Shown piece after piece: positions 27,683-37,340 of a stretch of DNA of 64,000 nt. This DNA comes from a virus (Duplodnaviria > Caudoviricetes): positions 1 to 64,000 of the IMG/VR virus record IMGVR_UViG_3300020460_000014, one strand, 5' to 3'. The notes under the pieces were generated by a model. The model was not told where the DNA came from and did no database searches. It saw nothing but the letters and a program-made list of their open reading frames with translations. Position 1 is the stretch's first letter. The number at the start of each line of letters is the position of its first letter. The translations under genes were made by a program, and so were the position numbers.

Positions 27683-28261
27683 CTATAAAAATAAATTGGC
27701 CTTTATCATTTTTATGGCTATTGCTATACAAACGATACCGAACATTTTTCTAAGAACTAAAAGTCCACTCTGACCAAATAACCTAGATAACCTATCAACT
27801 GATTTCAAAGTTGCATAAACTACTAACAAATTTAACACTATTCCAACTAATATCGTCCAAAACGGATAGAGTGAATTAAAAGATATTATTGTGGTAAGAG
27901 ATCCTGGACCAGCTATTAATGGAAAGGCTAATGGAACAATTGAAGAACCTTTAGTATCTGGCTCTGTTTTAAAGAATGTAAGACCTAAAACCAATTCCAA
28001 ACCCATAAAAAAGAGTATTAATCCACCAGCTATAGAAAAAGAGGCAACATCAAGGCCCAAGAACCCAAGAGCAGTTTCTCCAAAAAATAGGAATATTACC
28101 ATCATTGCAAATGCGATAAGAGTGGCCTTAAAACTTTCTATCTGGCCAAACTTTTTTCGCAAGTCCATGATTATTGGGATTGCCCCAAATATATCTATGA
28201 CAGCAAACAACGTCATCGTTATAGTTATAACTTCGCTCCACATAATACCACTAATATCCAT
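27683..28261 (-). CDS. marC: MarC-family inner membrane protein
   Basis: LFAVIDIFGAIP, FSIAGGLILF, IVPLAFPLIAGPGSLTT, KMFGIVCIAIAIKMI. Confidence 0.9.
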   Translation of the reverse strand: MDISGIMWSEVITITMTLFAVIDIFGAIPIIMDLRKKFGQIESFKATLIAFAMMVIFLFFGETALGFLGLDVASFSIAGGLILFFMGLELVLGLTFFKTEPDTKGSSIVPLAFPLIAGPGSLTTIISFNSLYPFWTILVGIVLNLLVVYATLKSVDRLSRLFGQSGLLVLRKMFGIVCIAIAIKMIKANLFL

Positions 28262-28280
28262 AATTTTAATTTATTTAAAT

Positions 28281-28397
28281 CTAACAAAAATACATTGAAA
28301 CCATAATTCCTAAAGATACACCTAACATAACTAAGAATAATATCCCTAGAGCATCATTATATTTTCTTTTTTTCCAATAATCGTCATCATTAAACAT
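28281..28397 (-). CDS. Small single-TM protein (38 aa)
   Basis: Hand translation MFNDDDYWKKRKYNDALGILFLVMLGVSLGIMVSMYFC. Confidence 0.4.
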   Translation of the reverse strand: MFNDDDYWKKRKYNDALGILFLVMLGVSLGIMVSMYFC

Positions 28398-28426
28398 TTT
28401 AAAAAGTTATTTTCAAAACTATTTAT

Positions 28427-30805
28427 CTATAGCTTTTTTGAAAAAGACAAATATATTCCTCTTCCAATATTCATTGAAGAAATTTCTTTAATTCCAGTAT
28501 CAGTCTGTTGCCTCATGATTGAATTATTATTAAAAATATTGGTAAATAAAATTTTGGTTTTTATTTTTTTATTGTTAAAAACCCAACTTAAATTTACCAT
28601 TGGATAGGATACTTCGTAAGTATCCCCAATTCCTTGAATTCCTGCAGAATATAATTTCCTAGATTCGTATATTGTAGATATTGTAAAAAAGTTATTTTTC
28701 TTAGAATATGTTATGTCTGCGTTTGTTATTAATTCTGGCGCGCCTTCTAAAGGTCTTTCCATATTTGTAGATAATACAGAAACGTCTGAATTGTCATTTA
28801 AATAAACTTTGCTCTTCGTATATGCAGAATTCAGACATAATTCAAAATCATTTATTTGTTTTTTAAATTCAGATTCTAATCCATATACTTGTGCCATATT
28901 TGAATTTTGAAATGATTGCAACCTTCCTGATGCAGTTGCTAAATTTACCCTTTCAATAGGATTTGTTAAATGCTTATAAAATGCATATATCGATATTACT
29001 TCTCCTCTTCTTGGATAATGTTCAAATCCTAAATCAACATTTTTAATATTACAATTTAATAAATTAGGATTTCCCTTTATCTTTTCACCTGCAAACATGT
29101 CTGTATATTCAAATGGCATTAATTCTCTAAAATTAGGCATAGATACTGTGTGAGAATATATTCCTCTTAGTTTAGTTTTTTCAGATAGATTATACTTTAA
29201 ATTTAACGTTGGTAAAAAATACAAATTATTAATTTTATTTTCTATTAAAAATATAGGTTGAACTTGGTCTCTATAAAATAACTTTTGTATATTATACTCT
29301 AATCTTAAACCACATGAAACATCTAATCTCTTAAAAGACTTTGTTGTAGTAAAATATCCTGAGAATATTTGTAAGTTTGAATTTACCTCAGACGCTAAAT
29401 CAATTAAAGTATCTTGTGAAATTATATGTGAATTTAATGATGTAGATGGATTAAAGGTTTCTGGTAATTCAAACAAAAGTCTATCATAATCAAAATTTCT
29501 TAACTTTAATAAATAATCAGTTCCTATTTCTGTTTTAAACCCCATAAGTTCTCTATTAAAACTTAAGCCTCCTAATATCATATCTTCTCTAAAGATATTA
29601 CTAAAACTGTGATTATCTAATGCGTCAATTGTATTAAATCTATTATCATCAAACCATACAAATTGTTCTCTACCATCTTCACCAGATATAGATCTACTAA
29701 GTGAAACATATCCGCTAAAATCATTTAATTCTAATAGCGTTTGATTAGACAATAGAATGCTATTAAAGGGTGTTCTCCTATTTGTTAATACTTCTTTGTT
29801 ATAGTCGAAATGTGTCCCTTGAGTTAACCGAGTTGCATCAGAGGTATTGTAATTTATTAAAGATATGTTTTTAATAAAAAGACTATTTAATGTCTTATCA
29901 AAATAAACTAATCCGCAATAATTATTAGTTGTATTATTCTCTATCCAATCATAATCTAAAGAAACATTTCCTTGTCTATTAACTATTCTTGTAAATCCTT
30001 CAACTTCTTTATTAGAATAAGAATGTTTAAATAATATAGAAAACTTATTTCTGTATATTGCAAAATCTTCTGAAAAGTTATATCCTAAATTATATCCACC
30101 TCCTAAACTAAATTTAGTACTTTGTTCTATAGGAATTTTTGTATTAAAATTTATAGTGCCTCCCGTTGATTGACTATATAAATTACTTGAATATGACTTT
30201 GACACAGAAACATTACTAGCAATTCCAGTTGGAAGTATTGTAATATCTAAATTTGTAACGTCTGGACTTATTGAAGAAACAGGTAAACTATTCAATGTAA
30301 CTTGATTATATCTGTCATGAAGTCCTCTAACAACTATTGTTTTAGATTTTTTAACACTAACGCCTGCAACCTTTTTTACAGCGCCTGTAGTATTTAAAAC
30401 TCCTTTCTTTTCTATTTCCTCTTGGCCTATCGTTGAAGTTATATCGTTTGAATTTTTCTTATCAATTAATATAACTTTCTCAGAGCCAATATCTCTCTTA
30501 GCAACTACTTTAAACTCATTTAATTCTAAATGGTATTGTTCTAATAAAACGTTTCCATCCCAGCTGCTATCAACTATTACCATTTTTTCAACATAAGAAA
30601 CAAAGGAAAACCTTAAGGTATCTCCTTCATAAACTTCTAAATCGTAATTTCCATCAAAATCGGTTACTGTCCCTTTATTTTGACCCATTACTTTAATATT
30701 AACAAAAGGTAATGCTTCTCCGGTTTCTTTATCTACCACCTTCCCATCTATTGCAAAAACAGATGATGTTAAAAATAATAGAAATATTAGTAGTATCTTT
30801 TTCAT
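28427..30805 (-). CDS. TonB-dependent outer membrane receptor (Bacteroidota type)
   Basis: Probable start MKKILL at 30805 (ATGA overlap with upstream stop); signal peptide, carboxypeptidase-regulatory-like domain (GTVTDFDGNY), plug (VRGLHDRYN...LNSLP), barrel (GNPNL, QVYGLESE). Confidence 0.88.
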   Translation of the reverse strand: MKKILLIFLLFLTSSVFAIDGKVVDKETGEALPFVNIKVMGQNKGTVTDFDGNYDLEVYEGDTLRFSFVSYVEKMVIVDSSWDGNVLLEQYHLELNEFKVVAKRDIGSEKVILIDKKNSNDITSTIGQEEIEKKGVLNTTGAVKKVAGVSVKKSKTIVVRGLHDRYNQVTLNSLPVSSISPDVTNLDITILPTGIASNVSVSKSYSSNLYSQSTGGTINFNTKIPIEQSTKFSLGGGYNLGYNFSEDFAIYRNKFSILFKHSYSNKEVEGFTRIVNRQGNVSLDYDWIENNTTNNYCGLVYFDKTLNSLFIKNISLINYNTSDATRLTQGTHFDYNKEVLTNRRTPFNSILLSNQTLLELNDFSGYVSLSRSISGEDGREQFVWFDDNRFNTIDALDNHSFSNIFREDMILGGLSFNRELMGFKTEIGTDYLLKLRNFDYDRLLFELPETFNPSTSLNSHIISQDTLIDLASEVNSNLQIFSGYFTTTKSFKRLDVSCGLRLEYNIQKLFYRDQVQPIFLIENKINNLYFLPTLNLKYNLSEKTKLRGIYSHTVSMPNFRELMPFEYTDMFAGEKIKGNPNLLNCNIKNVDLGFEHYPRRGEVISIYAFYKHLTNPIERVNLATASGRLQSFQNSNMAQVYGLESEFKKQINDFELCLNSAYTKSKVYLNDNSDVSVLSTNMERPLEGAPELITNADITYSKKNNFFTISTIYESRKLYSAGIQGIGDTYEVSYPMVNLSWVFNNKKIKTKILFTNIFNNNSIMRQQTDTGIKEISSMNIGRGIYLSFSKKL

Positions 30806-31941
30806 AATCCCTTGGTCCAATAGGCTGTCCAGGTTTGATAATTTGCTCCAACGTTGGAGTTTAAATCGAACCAAACATCATTAGCCTCATTTAATAAATT
30901 TTCAAAATCTTCACAGTCTTTATAATTTTGACCGTTACTATGTACATTAGAATTAGATACTACTAATTCTCCATTATTCATATTTAAAAGCGTTAATGAG
31001 TCAGAAACTCTAACACCATATTTAGGAAAGTTAAATACTTCAATGTTGTATAGTTTTCCCTTTGTTCCTTCTCTTAATCTTATACCTGTGTTATCTCCAT
31101 CTCCATCATCAATTCCCTCTAAGGTAACATTTACTAAAATTGGATTTGAATATGGGTTTGCATTGTTATCATCTCCGTTATTATCTGCCTCTATTCCTCT
31201 ATCTCCTCCATCTGATAATTGTTTAGCATACCAATATTGTCCCTTTCCAGACCATCCATGTGTCCAATCAAATGAATCATCGTGGTTTCCTAAAGAAACT
31301 GCCCATTTTACATTTACTGCTCCACCAAAAAATTCAATACCATCATCTGCACCTCTATATGCTTCAATATATTCAACAACGGTTTCATCACCAACTCCAT
31401 TAAATGAAAAACCATTTAATTCATTATCTGTTCCTAATATTTTACCAGCATATTCTACTCTAACATATCTTAATGTTCCTGAATTATCAGAGTTATTATT
31501 ACCTCCATATATTCCAGTTCCTCCTTCTCCTTCTGCAGTTTCTCCAGTATTTAAAACTCCATATCCATTTATCACTAATCCTCCCCATGCTCCAGGTTCT
31601 TCAAGATCTGATGTAAATATAATAGGATTTGTTTTTGTCCCATCTGCTAAAATCTTAGCACCTCTTTGAATGGATAAAAAAGGTGTTGTGCCGTCGTTTG
31701 ATGCGAATACACTTACTCCAGAATCAATTGTCAAAGTATATCCTTCTTCAACAAAAACTCCACCACTTAATTCCCATTCTCTATCATTTGTGATTGTAAA
31801 ATCTCTATCAATATATCCTGCTATTTGAGTCCTTCCATTTGAAAGCTCAGTTAAAACCAATCTACTATTTGGTTCTAAAGGATCTGGCTTTTTACAAGAA
31901 AAAGCCAAAAATAATAATAATAAAAAGTATAAATTTTTCAT
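30802..31941 (-). CDS. Beta-helix outer-membrane lipoprotein, TBDR partner
   Basis: Lipobox LAFS-C; GGNNNSDNSGTLRYVRVEYAG, GADDGIEFFGG, DDSFDWTHGW motifs. Confidence 0.82.
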   Translation of the reverse strand: MKNLYFLLLLFLAFSCKKPDPLEPNSRLVLTELSNGRTQIAGYIDRDFTITNDREWELSGGVFVEEGYTLTIDSGVSVFASNDGTTPFLSIQRGAKILADGTKTNPIIFTSDLEEPGAWGGLVINGYGVLNTGETAEGEGGTGIYGGNNNSDNSGTLRYVRVEYAGKILGTDNELNGFSFNGVGDETVVEYIEAYRGADDGIEFFGGAVNVKWAVSLGNHDDSFDWTHGWSGKGQYWYAKQLSDGGDRGIEADNNGDDNNANPYSNPILVNVTLEGIDDGDGDNTGIRLREGTKGKLYNIEVFNFPKYGVRVSDSLTLLNMNNGELVVSNSNVHSNGQNYKDCEDFENLLNEANDVWFDLNSNVGANYQTWTAYWTKGL

Positions 31942-31995
31942 TGTTTATTAGTTTTGGTTTATATAATTTTTCTAATCCGGAAAAGATGCCCAGGC

Positions 31996-32025
31996 AGGTT
32001 AAATAAAGGTTAAATCTTAGATAAA
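31996..32025 (-). promoter_or_regulatory. Pho-box-like 11-bp-period direct repeat
   Basis: AGGTTAAA at 31996 and 32007 (TTTAACCT on the minus strand), degenerate third unit at 32018; about 30-50 nt upstream of a TATATAAA element at 31958-31966. Confidence 0.5.
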
Positions 32026-32045
32026 TAAATTAAAAAAGAATTAAC

Positions 32046-32180
32046 ATGGCAGTAAGATTTGGAAATGAAAAACCTCCTAAGAAAAGAAGAAAAGGAGTAC
32101 ATGCAAAATGTAAGACTTCTAAGAATAAGAACTCTAAAAATTATAAGAAAAGATATAGAGGGCAAGGAAAAAGAAGATAA
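32046..32180 (+). CDS. Small very basic protein (44 aa) with C-terminal RGQG motif
   Basis: Hand translation MAVRFGNEKPPKKRRKGVHAKCKTSKNKNSKNYKKRYRGQGKRR; GATAAATA at 32020-32027 upstream. Confidence 0.65.
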   Translation: MAVRFGNEKPPKKRRKGVHAKCKTSKNKNSKNYKKRYRGQGKRR

Positions 32181-32450
32181 TCACAGCTTCCCAGCTGCAT
32201 AAAAACTTCCATCATTTTTTTGAGGCTCTATTTTTATTGTTTTAATATCTTCATTATATCTAATATATGTAGATAGGGCCTTTCCTTGAGAATCAGCATC
32301 TCTAAATGCATGATATGTTTCTTTTAAAACATTCTCATATTTATAAGAAGTTTTATTATTGAACGTTACTAATAAAATATTTTTTGTGTAATCGTAAGTT
32401 GAAGACGATATTGTACTAGATTTATAATTTACTGTTTCTTTAAGTTTCAT
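32181..32450 (-). CDS. KTSC-domain protein
   Basis: SSTISSSTYD...LLVTFNNKTSYKYENV...ADSQGKAL. Confidence 0.8.
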   Translation of the reverse strand: MKLKETVNYKSSTISSSTYDYTKNILLVTFNNKTSYKYENVLKETYHAFRDADSQGKALSTYIRYNEDIKTIKIEPQKNDGSFYAAGKL

Positions 32451-32490
32451 ATTTTGATTTTAGATATTATATACCTTATCTAAAAAAAGT

Positions 32491-35139
32491 TTAAAGAATG
32501 TTTGCTTGTGTCTGAACTATAGCATCTCCAGATGTTAATAAATTATAAAGTCGTTTTAATTCGAATACTACCTCTTCTTGAGACAAGGTATCTCCATTTT
32601 GATCTCTAATTAATACATTAGCAGAAGATACTTCTGTTGTGGTTTTAGCAGGTTCTTTATCATCACTACCAAATAAACTTCCTACACTTTCAATTAAACC
32701 TTGATTACTTTGTTGTGCCTCACCGACTGTTCCTTCAAAATTAGCAATCATTAGTGCTAATTCACGAATTGCTTCAATAAGGTTTTCACCTAATAGTTCA
32801 ATTGAATTTGCTCCTCCATTTTCACTAAGATATCCTAATGCCTCAAACATCTTTGTTGAAGAATTAATGGCCTCAATATTCATATCGTTTGAAGCGTCTG
32901 CAATATCTTCATACATTTCAGCTGCCGCCTCAAAAAGATCGATCATCTCATCAACATCTTCAAATTTTTCTACTTGAGAAAAACTATTTCCTACAATACC
33001 AATAACCCCTTCAATTTTTGAGGCTATTGCATTTGGATCTTCTAATCCTTTAAATTTATTTAAAGCGTCTGCTATACTATTTAATGTCTCTCCAGCGCCA
33101 GAAACAGAATCTATTCCTTCTGTTACTTTATTCTTTTTAATGGCAAATAAAGTTCCAAAAAATCCTCCAGCATCTACATTGCCCTCTTCAGCAACTGCTG
33201 CAAATGCTTGATTAACAAATCCCATAGTCTTTACAATACTATCTCCTAATGCGTCCCAATCAATATCTTTTTGTACTAAATTTTGAAAACCTATAAGTCC
33301 ATCTGCTACATTTTTTAATACCTCTCCGGATCCAGAAACTGATTCAATTCCTTCTGCAACTTTATTCTTTTTAATACCAAATAAACTTCCAAAGAATCCT
33401 CCAGCATCTACATTGCCCTGTTCAGCAACTGCTGAGAACGCTTGATTAATAAATCCCATAGTATTAACAACAGCGTATCCTAACGTGCCTTTAGGATAAT
33501 TACCTAACTCATCAGGGGCTCCAAATTCAATACCACTATCTATTAATTTTTTAAAAGACATTAAGCCATGTGCTATTCCCGTAAGTGCAGATCCTGCCTC
33601 CATTACAGAAAGAATACCTTCTTGAACTTTATTTCTTTTAGTACCAAACATAGTATCAAAGAATCCTCCGCCTTGAACTAATTCTCCACCACCTGCACTT
33701 GCAAATGCTAATGAAACACCTTGTAACATTCTTGTAAGTTCCAAACTATCTTCATCTTTCCAACCTACTTCTTTATATTTTATAAGTCCTTTACTAAGAA
33801 GAATCAATGCAAGTCCTGCTGCTGAATATCCAGCTGCAGCTGCTATTATTTTACCAGAATCTAATGCTCCTTTTAAAGCACCTCCAATTGCTCCAAAGAA
33901 TCCTCCTTCCTCTTTTTCAGTTCCCATAAAGGCTGCTTTAACTCCTGCTAATGCAGTCGTTAACTTTGTTGTATCTTCATCGGTCCAATTTACTTTCTGA
34001 AAGGCTATTAAACCAGCGGCTAAGGCAATTAAACTACCTCCAATTGCTGCAATCATTAATGGTCCTAAAAACGCAGCCCCAGCTGTTAATGCAACTAAAG
34101 CACCTAGTCCTGTCATTGCAAGTCCCACTCCAGAAATAACTGCCATTGTCCATCCAAAGAATTCCCAAGGAGATGGGGAGGCTGAAAATGCATCAGCAAA
34201 CATTGACATTCCTATCGCCAACGGTATTAATGATATACCAGCTAATATTAAAACTAGAGCGCCTTGAAGAATATGCGATGCTCCCTTACCGACTGCAAAC
34301 AAAATTAAAGAAATTCCACCTACTGCTGCCCCTATAAGAGCAAGAGTTTCATATGATTCTTGAGTTGGAGGAAACAAATACCCAAATACAGCAAGAGCCC
34401 CTCCTAAAAATAATATACCAATACTTGCCACAATAAGAGCTGCCGAGACTTTTTCCATAGCAGTTTCAACCTTTAATTTATCAATTAAATAAAAGGTTAC
34501 GCCAAGGGTTAATATACTTAAAACAACATATGGAAGTGCTGTTATTGCAGTTGGCCATATAAGTGCTGAAAGTGCTAACAATCCTCCAAATATAAATAAT
34601 GTATAACCTAGCCCTTCAATTGCCTCAATGGCCTGTTCAGATTCTTTGCTTGTTAAAGGCTTTGATGCCCATACAAGTGCTTTTGTAATAACAAAGATAC
34701 TTAAGGCAAATAAAGGCGCTGCTAAAATACCTACTACTAAAAGTGGGGTTGCTAATAATAAATACCCTGCAAATTCTAAAATAGCCTTACCTAAGCCTTT
34801 AATTGCAGTAATTCCCATCACTATTCCTTCCATCTTCTCTTTAGCCTCTTCTCCTGAAGAACCCATTCCATCTATTACTTTAGCAATAGATCCTAATCCT
34901 TTTGCTATTGCATCAAGTCCTTTTTCTCCAAGAATAGTCCAAGCCATGGCCTCTTTAACGGTCAATCCACCAAAAAGAGAAACCTTTTCTACTGATCCTT
35001 CTCTAGTATTTTGCTTCCTTATATTGTCAGCAATATCTTCTAAAAGGTTATACATATCTCCACCTGGAGAAACGGAATCAGCTATCTGTGCTTGTGCCTC
35101 GTAACTTAATTTTTCAAAAGGGGATTTAAAAGCGCTCAA
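32491..35139 (-). CDS. Tape measure protein
   Basis: 882 aa, TTG start, Ala/Gly-rich hydrophobic helices, about 78-aa repeats (DAGGFFG..KKNKV.EGI.SVSG); downstream of the gp26/gp51 pair. Confidence 0.65.
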   Translation of the reverse strand: MSAFKSPFEKLSYEAQAQIADSVSPGGDMYNLLEDIADNIRKQNTREGSVEKVSLFGGLTVKEAMAWTILGEKGLDAIAKGLGSIAKVIDGMGSSGEEAKEKMEGIVMGITAIKGLGKAILEFAGYLLLATPLLVVGILAAPLFALSIFVITKALVWASKPLTSKESEQAIEAIEGLGYTLFIFGGLLALSALIWPTAITALPYVVLSILTLGVTFYLIDKLKVETAMEKVSAALIVASIGILFLGGALAVFGYLFPPTQESYETLALIGAAVGGISLILFAVGKGASHILQGALVLILAGISLIPLAIGMSMFADAFSASPSPWEFFGWTMAVISGVGLAMTGLGALVALTAGAAFLGPLMIAAIGGSLIALAAGLIAFQKVNWTDEDTTKLTTALAGVKAAFMGTEKEEGGFFGAIGGALKGALDSGKIIAAAAGYSAAGLALILLSKGLIKYKEVGWKDEDSLELTRMLQGVSLAFASAGGGELVQGGGFFDTMFGTKRNKVQEGILSVMEAGSALTGIAHGLMSFKKLIDSGIEFGAPDELGNYPKGTLGYAVVNTMGFINQAFSAVAEQGNVDAGGFFGSLFGIKKNKVAEGIESVSGSGEVLKNVADGLIGFQNLVQKDIDWDALGDSIVKTMGFVNQAFAAVAEEGNVDAGGFFGTLFAIKKNKVTEGIDSVSGAGETLNSIADALNKFKGLEDPNAIASKIEGVIGIVGNSFSQVEKFEDVDEMIDLFEAAAEMYEDIADASNDMNIEAINSSTKMFEALGYLSENGGANSIELLGENLIEAIRELALMIANFEGTVGEAQQSNQGLIESVGSLFGSDDKEPAKTTTEVSSANVLIRDQNGDTLSQEEVVFELKRLYNLLTSGDAIVQTQANIL

Positions 35140-35166
35140 TCTAACACTATTTTTTATTTATATATC

Positions 35167-35490
35167 CTAGATTTTTGGCATCTTAATAGTAGGCATCTTA
35201 GGCTGTTTAAATTGATTCATGTTAGGCATTTTTTGCTTAGCATATTGTTCATTAGCCTGTTCATCTTGTTCAGCCTGATTCTTTTGCTGCTTTTTCAAGT
35301 GATCTGATAAATTTTTGACATAATACCAATACTCGTAATATTCAAGATTATCTATTTCACTTGGCTGGAGATGTAGATGAAACCCCAGATAGAATTTAGT
35401 CTTAAAGAAGTTCTCCAGCGAGATCTGAAATAATGAAAAGACTTTTGATTCCACCTGGGAACTGAAGAGGGACCTTAACAAGTTCTCCAT
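35167..35490 (-). CDS. gp51: gp51-like baseplate hub assembly protein (start uncertain)
   Basis: ISLENFFKTKFYL...LQPSEIDNLEYYE resembles the gp51 pattern MSLENYYKTNF...SLTEIENMIPWE. Confidence 0.6.
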   Translation of the reverse strand: MENLLRSLFSSQVESKVFSLFQISLENFFKTKFYLGFHLHLQPSEIDNLEYYEYWYYVKNLSDHLKKQQKNQAEQDEQANEQYAKQKMPNMNQFKQPKMPTIKMPKI

Positions 35491-36385
35491 CTACGTCTAC
35501 TTCCATTTCAGGTTGAGCGCCTATTTTCATTTTTTCAGCAAGTCTATACGTGATCATATATTTCTTTTCATTCCATCCTTGGAATGCAACTTCTTGGTTA
35601 AAGATTTCTTTTGTGTTAAAACCTCGCCAATCTAATTGAATATAAGGTAGGATTTGAACGAATGCCTGATCCCAACGTTTCTTTTGCTCTTGCTGTTCTT
35701 TGATATATTTTGTTACTTCTTCCATAACGCCAATTGAAGGTGGTCTCATAAGAATTTCACCAGCAGATCTGGTTTGAATTCTATAACACCTTGCTATGGC
35801 ATCATAATATTTTTCAATTTCTTCAGGAATTTCACTGACTGAAAAGTTTCTAGTTGCTAGCTCTACATCTTTTGTAGTACCATAACTATTTTCAGCCTTT
35901 AACATTAATTTGTTCTCCGGTTCTGGGAATGTTAGATCTCTAATTTGTAAAAGTATTGCAATTCTATCCTCTTCTAAAAGATCTTTATAAGATAATTTTT
36001 TAGCAGCACATTCAATTCTACAACATGACTTAACAATACCATTTAACTTTTCTTCAATATCTAAAAGATTATTTTCTTGCATTGTTGAAAAATGTCTAAT
36101 TTCAGCGACTTTTGCGCTTCTAACACTTATTTTAGTATCTTTTGGGTAAAATCTACCTTTTGAAAAGAGTGTGTCTAAATTTACAGCATGATATCCTAAA
36201 TGAAAATCGGCAGATTCTGCCTTCTGTTTTCCAAATTTAGACATATCTACCGATCCTAAACCTTCTTTATTAATAGTTTCTTCGATTGGATCGTTTGTTT
36301 TAGTAGAGTCTTCAAATGCTCCACCTTCTTGTTCTTTTTTATTTAAGAAATTTTCGAATTCTTCGTTGTTTTCGTCTTTGCTCAT
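35402..36385 (-). CDS. gp26: gp26-like baseplate hub subunit
   Basis: GRFYP...VRSAKVAE, DRIAILLQIRDLT, FPGGIKSLF; follows the tail tube gene. Confidence 0.6.
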   Translation of the reverse strand: MSKDENNEEFENFLNKKEQEGGAFEDSTKTNDPIEETINKEGLGSVDMSKFGKQKAESADFHLGYHAVNLDTLFSKGRFYPKDTKISVRSAKVAEIRHFSTMQENNLLDIEEKLNGIVKSCCRIECAAKKLSYKDLLEEDRIAILLQIRDLTFPEPENKLMLKAENSYGTTKDVELATRNFSVSEIPEEIEKYYDAIARCYRIQTRSAGEILMRPPSIGVMEEVTKYIKEQQEQKKRWDQAFVQILPYIQLDWRGFNTKEIFNQEVAFQGWNEKKYMITYRLAEKMKIGAQPEMEVDVDGELVKVPLQFPGGIKSLFIISDLAGELL

Positions 36386-36418
36386 TTTACAAATTTTATA
36401 GAATTATATAAAAGTATT

Positions 36419-36619
36419 TTAATTTGTTTCAGAATCTTTAGATTTTTTTATTTCATTCTGAATTAATTCTCTAACATATGCACTAACCGACTTTGGCCTT
36501 TGTTTATTTTTCAAAGCCTCACTTAGTATAATTTCATTTAATTTTTCAAACTCAGGTTCGTTTAATAGAACTTGGATTTTTTTAATTAATTTATTTACTA
36601 TATAATCCTTGTCAGACAT
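36419..36619 (-). CDS. Small ribbon-helix-helix-like DNA-binding protein
   Basis: KKIQVLLNE...SVSAYVRELI. Confidence 0.5.
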   Translation of the reverse strand: MSDKDYIVNKLIKKIQVLLNEPEFEKLNEIILSEALKNKQRPKSVSAYVRELIQNEIKKSKDSETN

Positions 36620-36654
36620 ATTATGTTAATATTATAATATTTTTTTAGGGTATA

Positions 36655-36695
36655 AAAAAGAGAAGACTTATATAGCCTTCTCTCTAAATATTATT
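36655..36695 (-). terminator. Terminator after tail tube gene
   Basis: Minus strand AGAGAAGGC-tatataa-GTCTTCTCT followed by Us. Confidence 0.7.
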
Positions 36696-37250
36696 TTAAA
36701 CTAGTTCTTCAGACCAAGTATCACATCTCCATGAAACCGCTAATTCTTGAGGTTCTGCGTTATCATAAGATAAATCAGTTCCTGGGTTTACTGCGCCTCC
36801 AATAAAACAATCTTCTAAAGTAATCTTTCTATAAATATCTCCAGCTCTATTGAACTGTACGATTACGATTTGACCAACATAATCTTTCTTAAGACCAGTT
36901 TCTCCAGTCTCTGGATTATATTGTAATCTTTGCCAATCTCTTATTGTTTTATAAGCATACATTTGATTTGCCTCATTAAGATTTAATGTGAATGTAATTT
37001 CAACATCTAAATGAGAGTCTGCTGGAGTTCCAGCAAATGATCTGGTCGACCATTTAAACTTTTGTGCAATTGGATCACCGGCTTTATGAAGATCTAAACC
37101 TGTAATACCTTTAACATGTTGTAATAACATTTCTTGTCCTCCTACTCCAGCAGGTGGAAGAATAGTTACTTCGAACATATTCATTAATACTGGTTCAAAA
37201 TTCTTACCTTTCTTACTAGTTTGATCGTTTGAATAATGTGGTAATGCCAT
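36696..37250 (-). CDS. gp19: Tail tube protein
   Basis: FEVTILPP, YKTIRDWQ, QFNRAGD, LSYD; follows the sheath gene. Confidence 0.85.
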   Translation of the reverse strand: MALPHYSNDQTSKKGKNFEPVLMNMFEVTILPPAGVGGQEMLLQHVKGITGLDLHKAGDPIAQKFKWSTRSFAGTPADSHLDVEITFTLNLNEANQMYAYKTIRDWQRLQYNPETGETGLKKDYVGQIVIVQFNRAGDIYRKITLEDCFIGGAVNPGTDLSYDNAEPQELAVSWRCDTWSEELV

Positions 37251-37300
37251 TTCTTTAATTTTATTTTTATTTAGTTTTATTATATATCTTTAAAATTAAA

Positions 37301-37325
37301 TAGAAAGGGTCCCATGACCCTTTCT
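37301..37325 (-). terminator. Hairpin between sheath and tube genes
   Basis: GAAAGGGTC-ccat-GACCCTTTC perfect stem. Confidence 0.7.
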
Positions 37326-37340
37326 TATAAAATTCTTTTT

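Noticed and set aside
30806-30874. N-terminal extension MVRFKLQRW... of the TonB receptor
   Set aside because: Overlaps the lipoprotein gene; a canonical signal peptide begins at MKKILL (30805) with ATGA coupling
31043-31669. 208-aa plus-strand ORF
   Set aside because: Antisense shadow of the lipoprotein gene; Ser/Pro-rich composition typical of shadows
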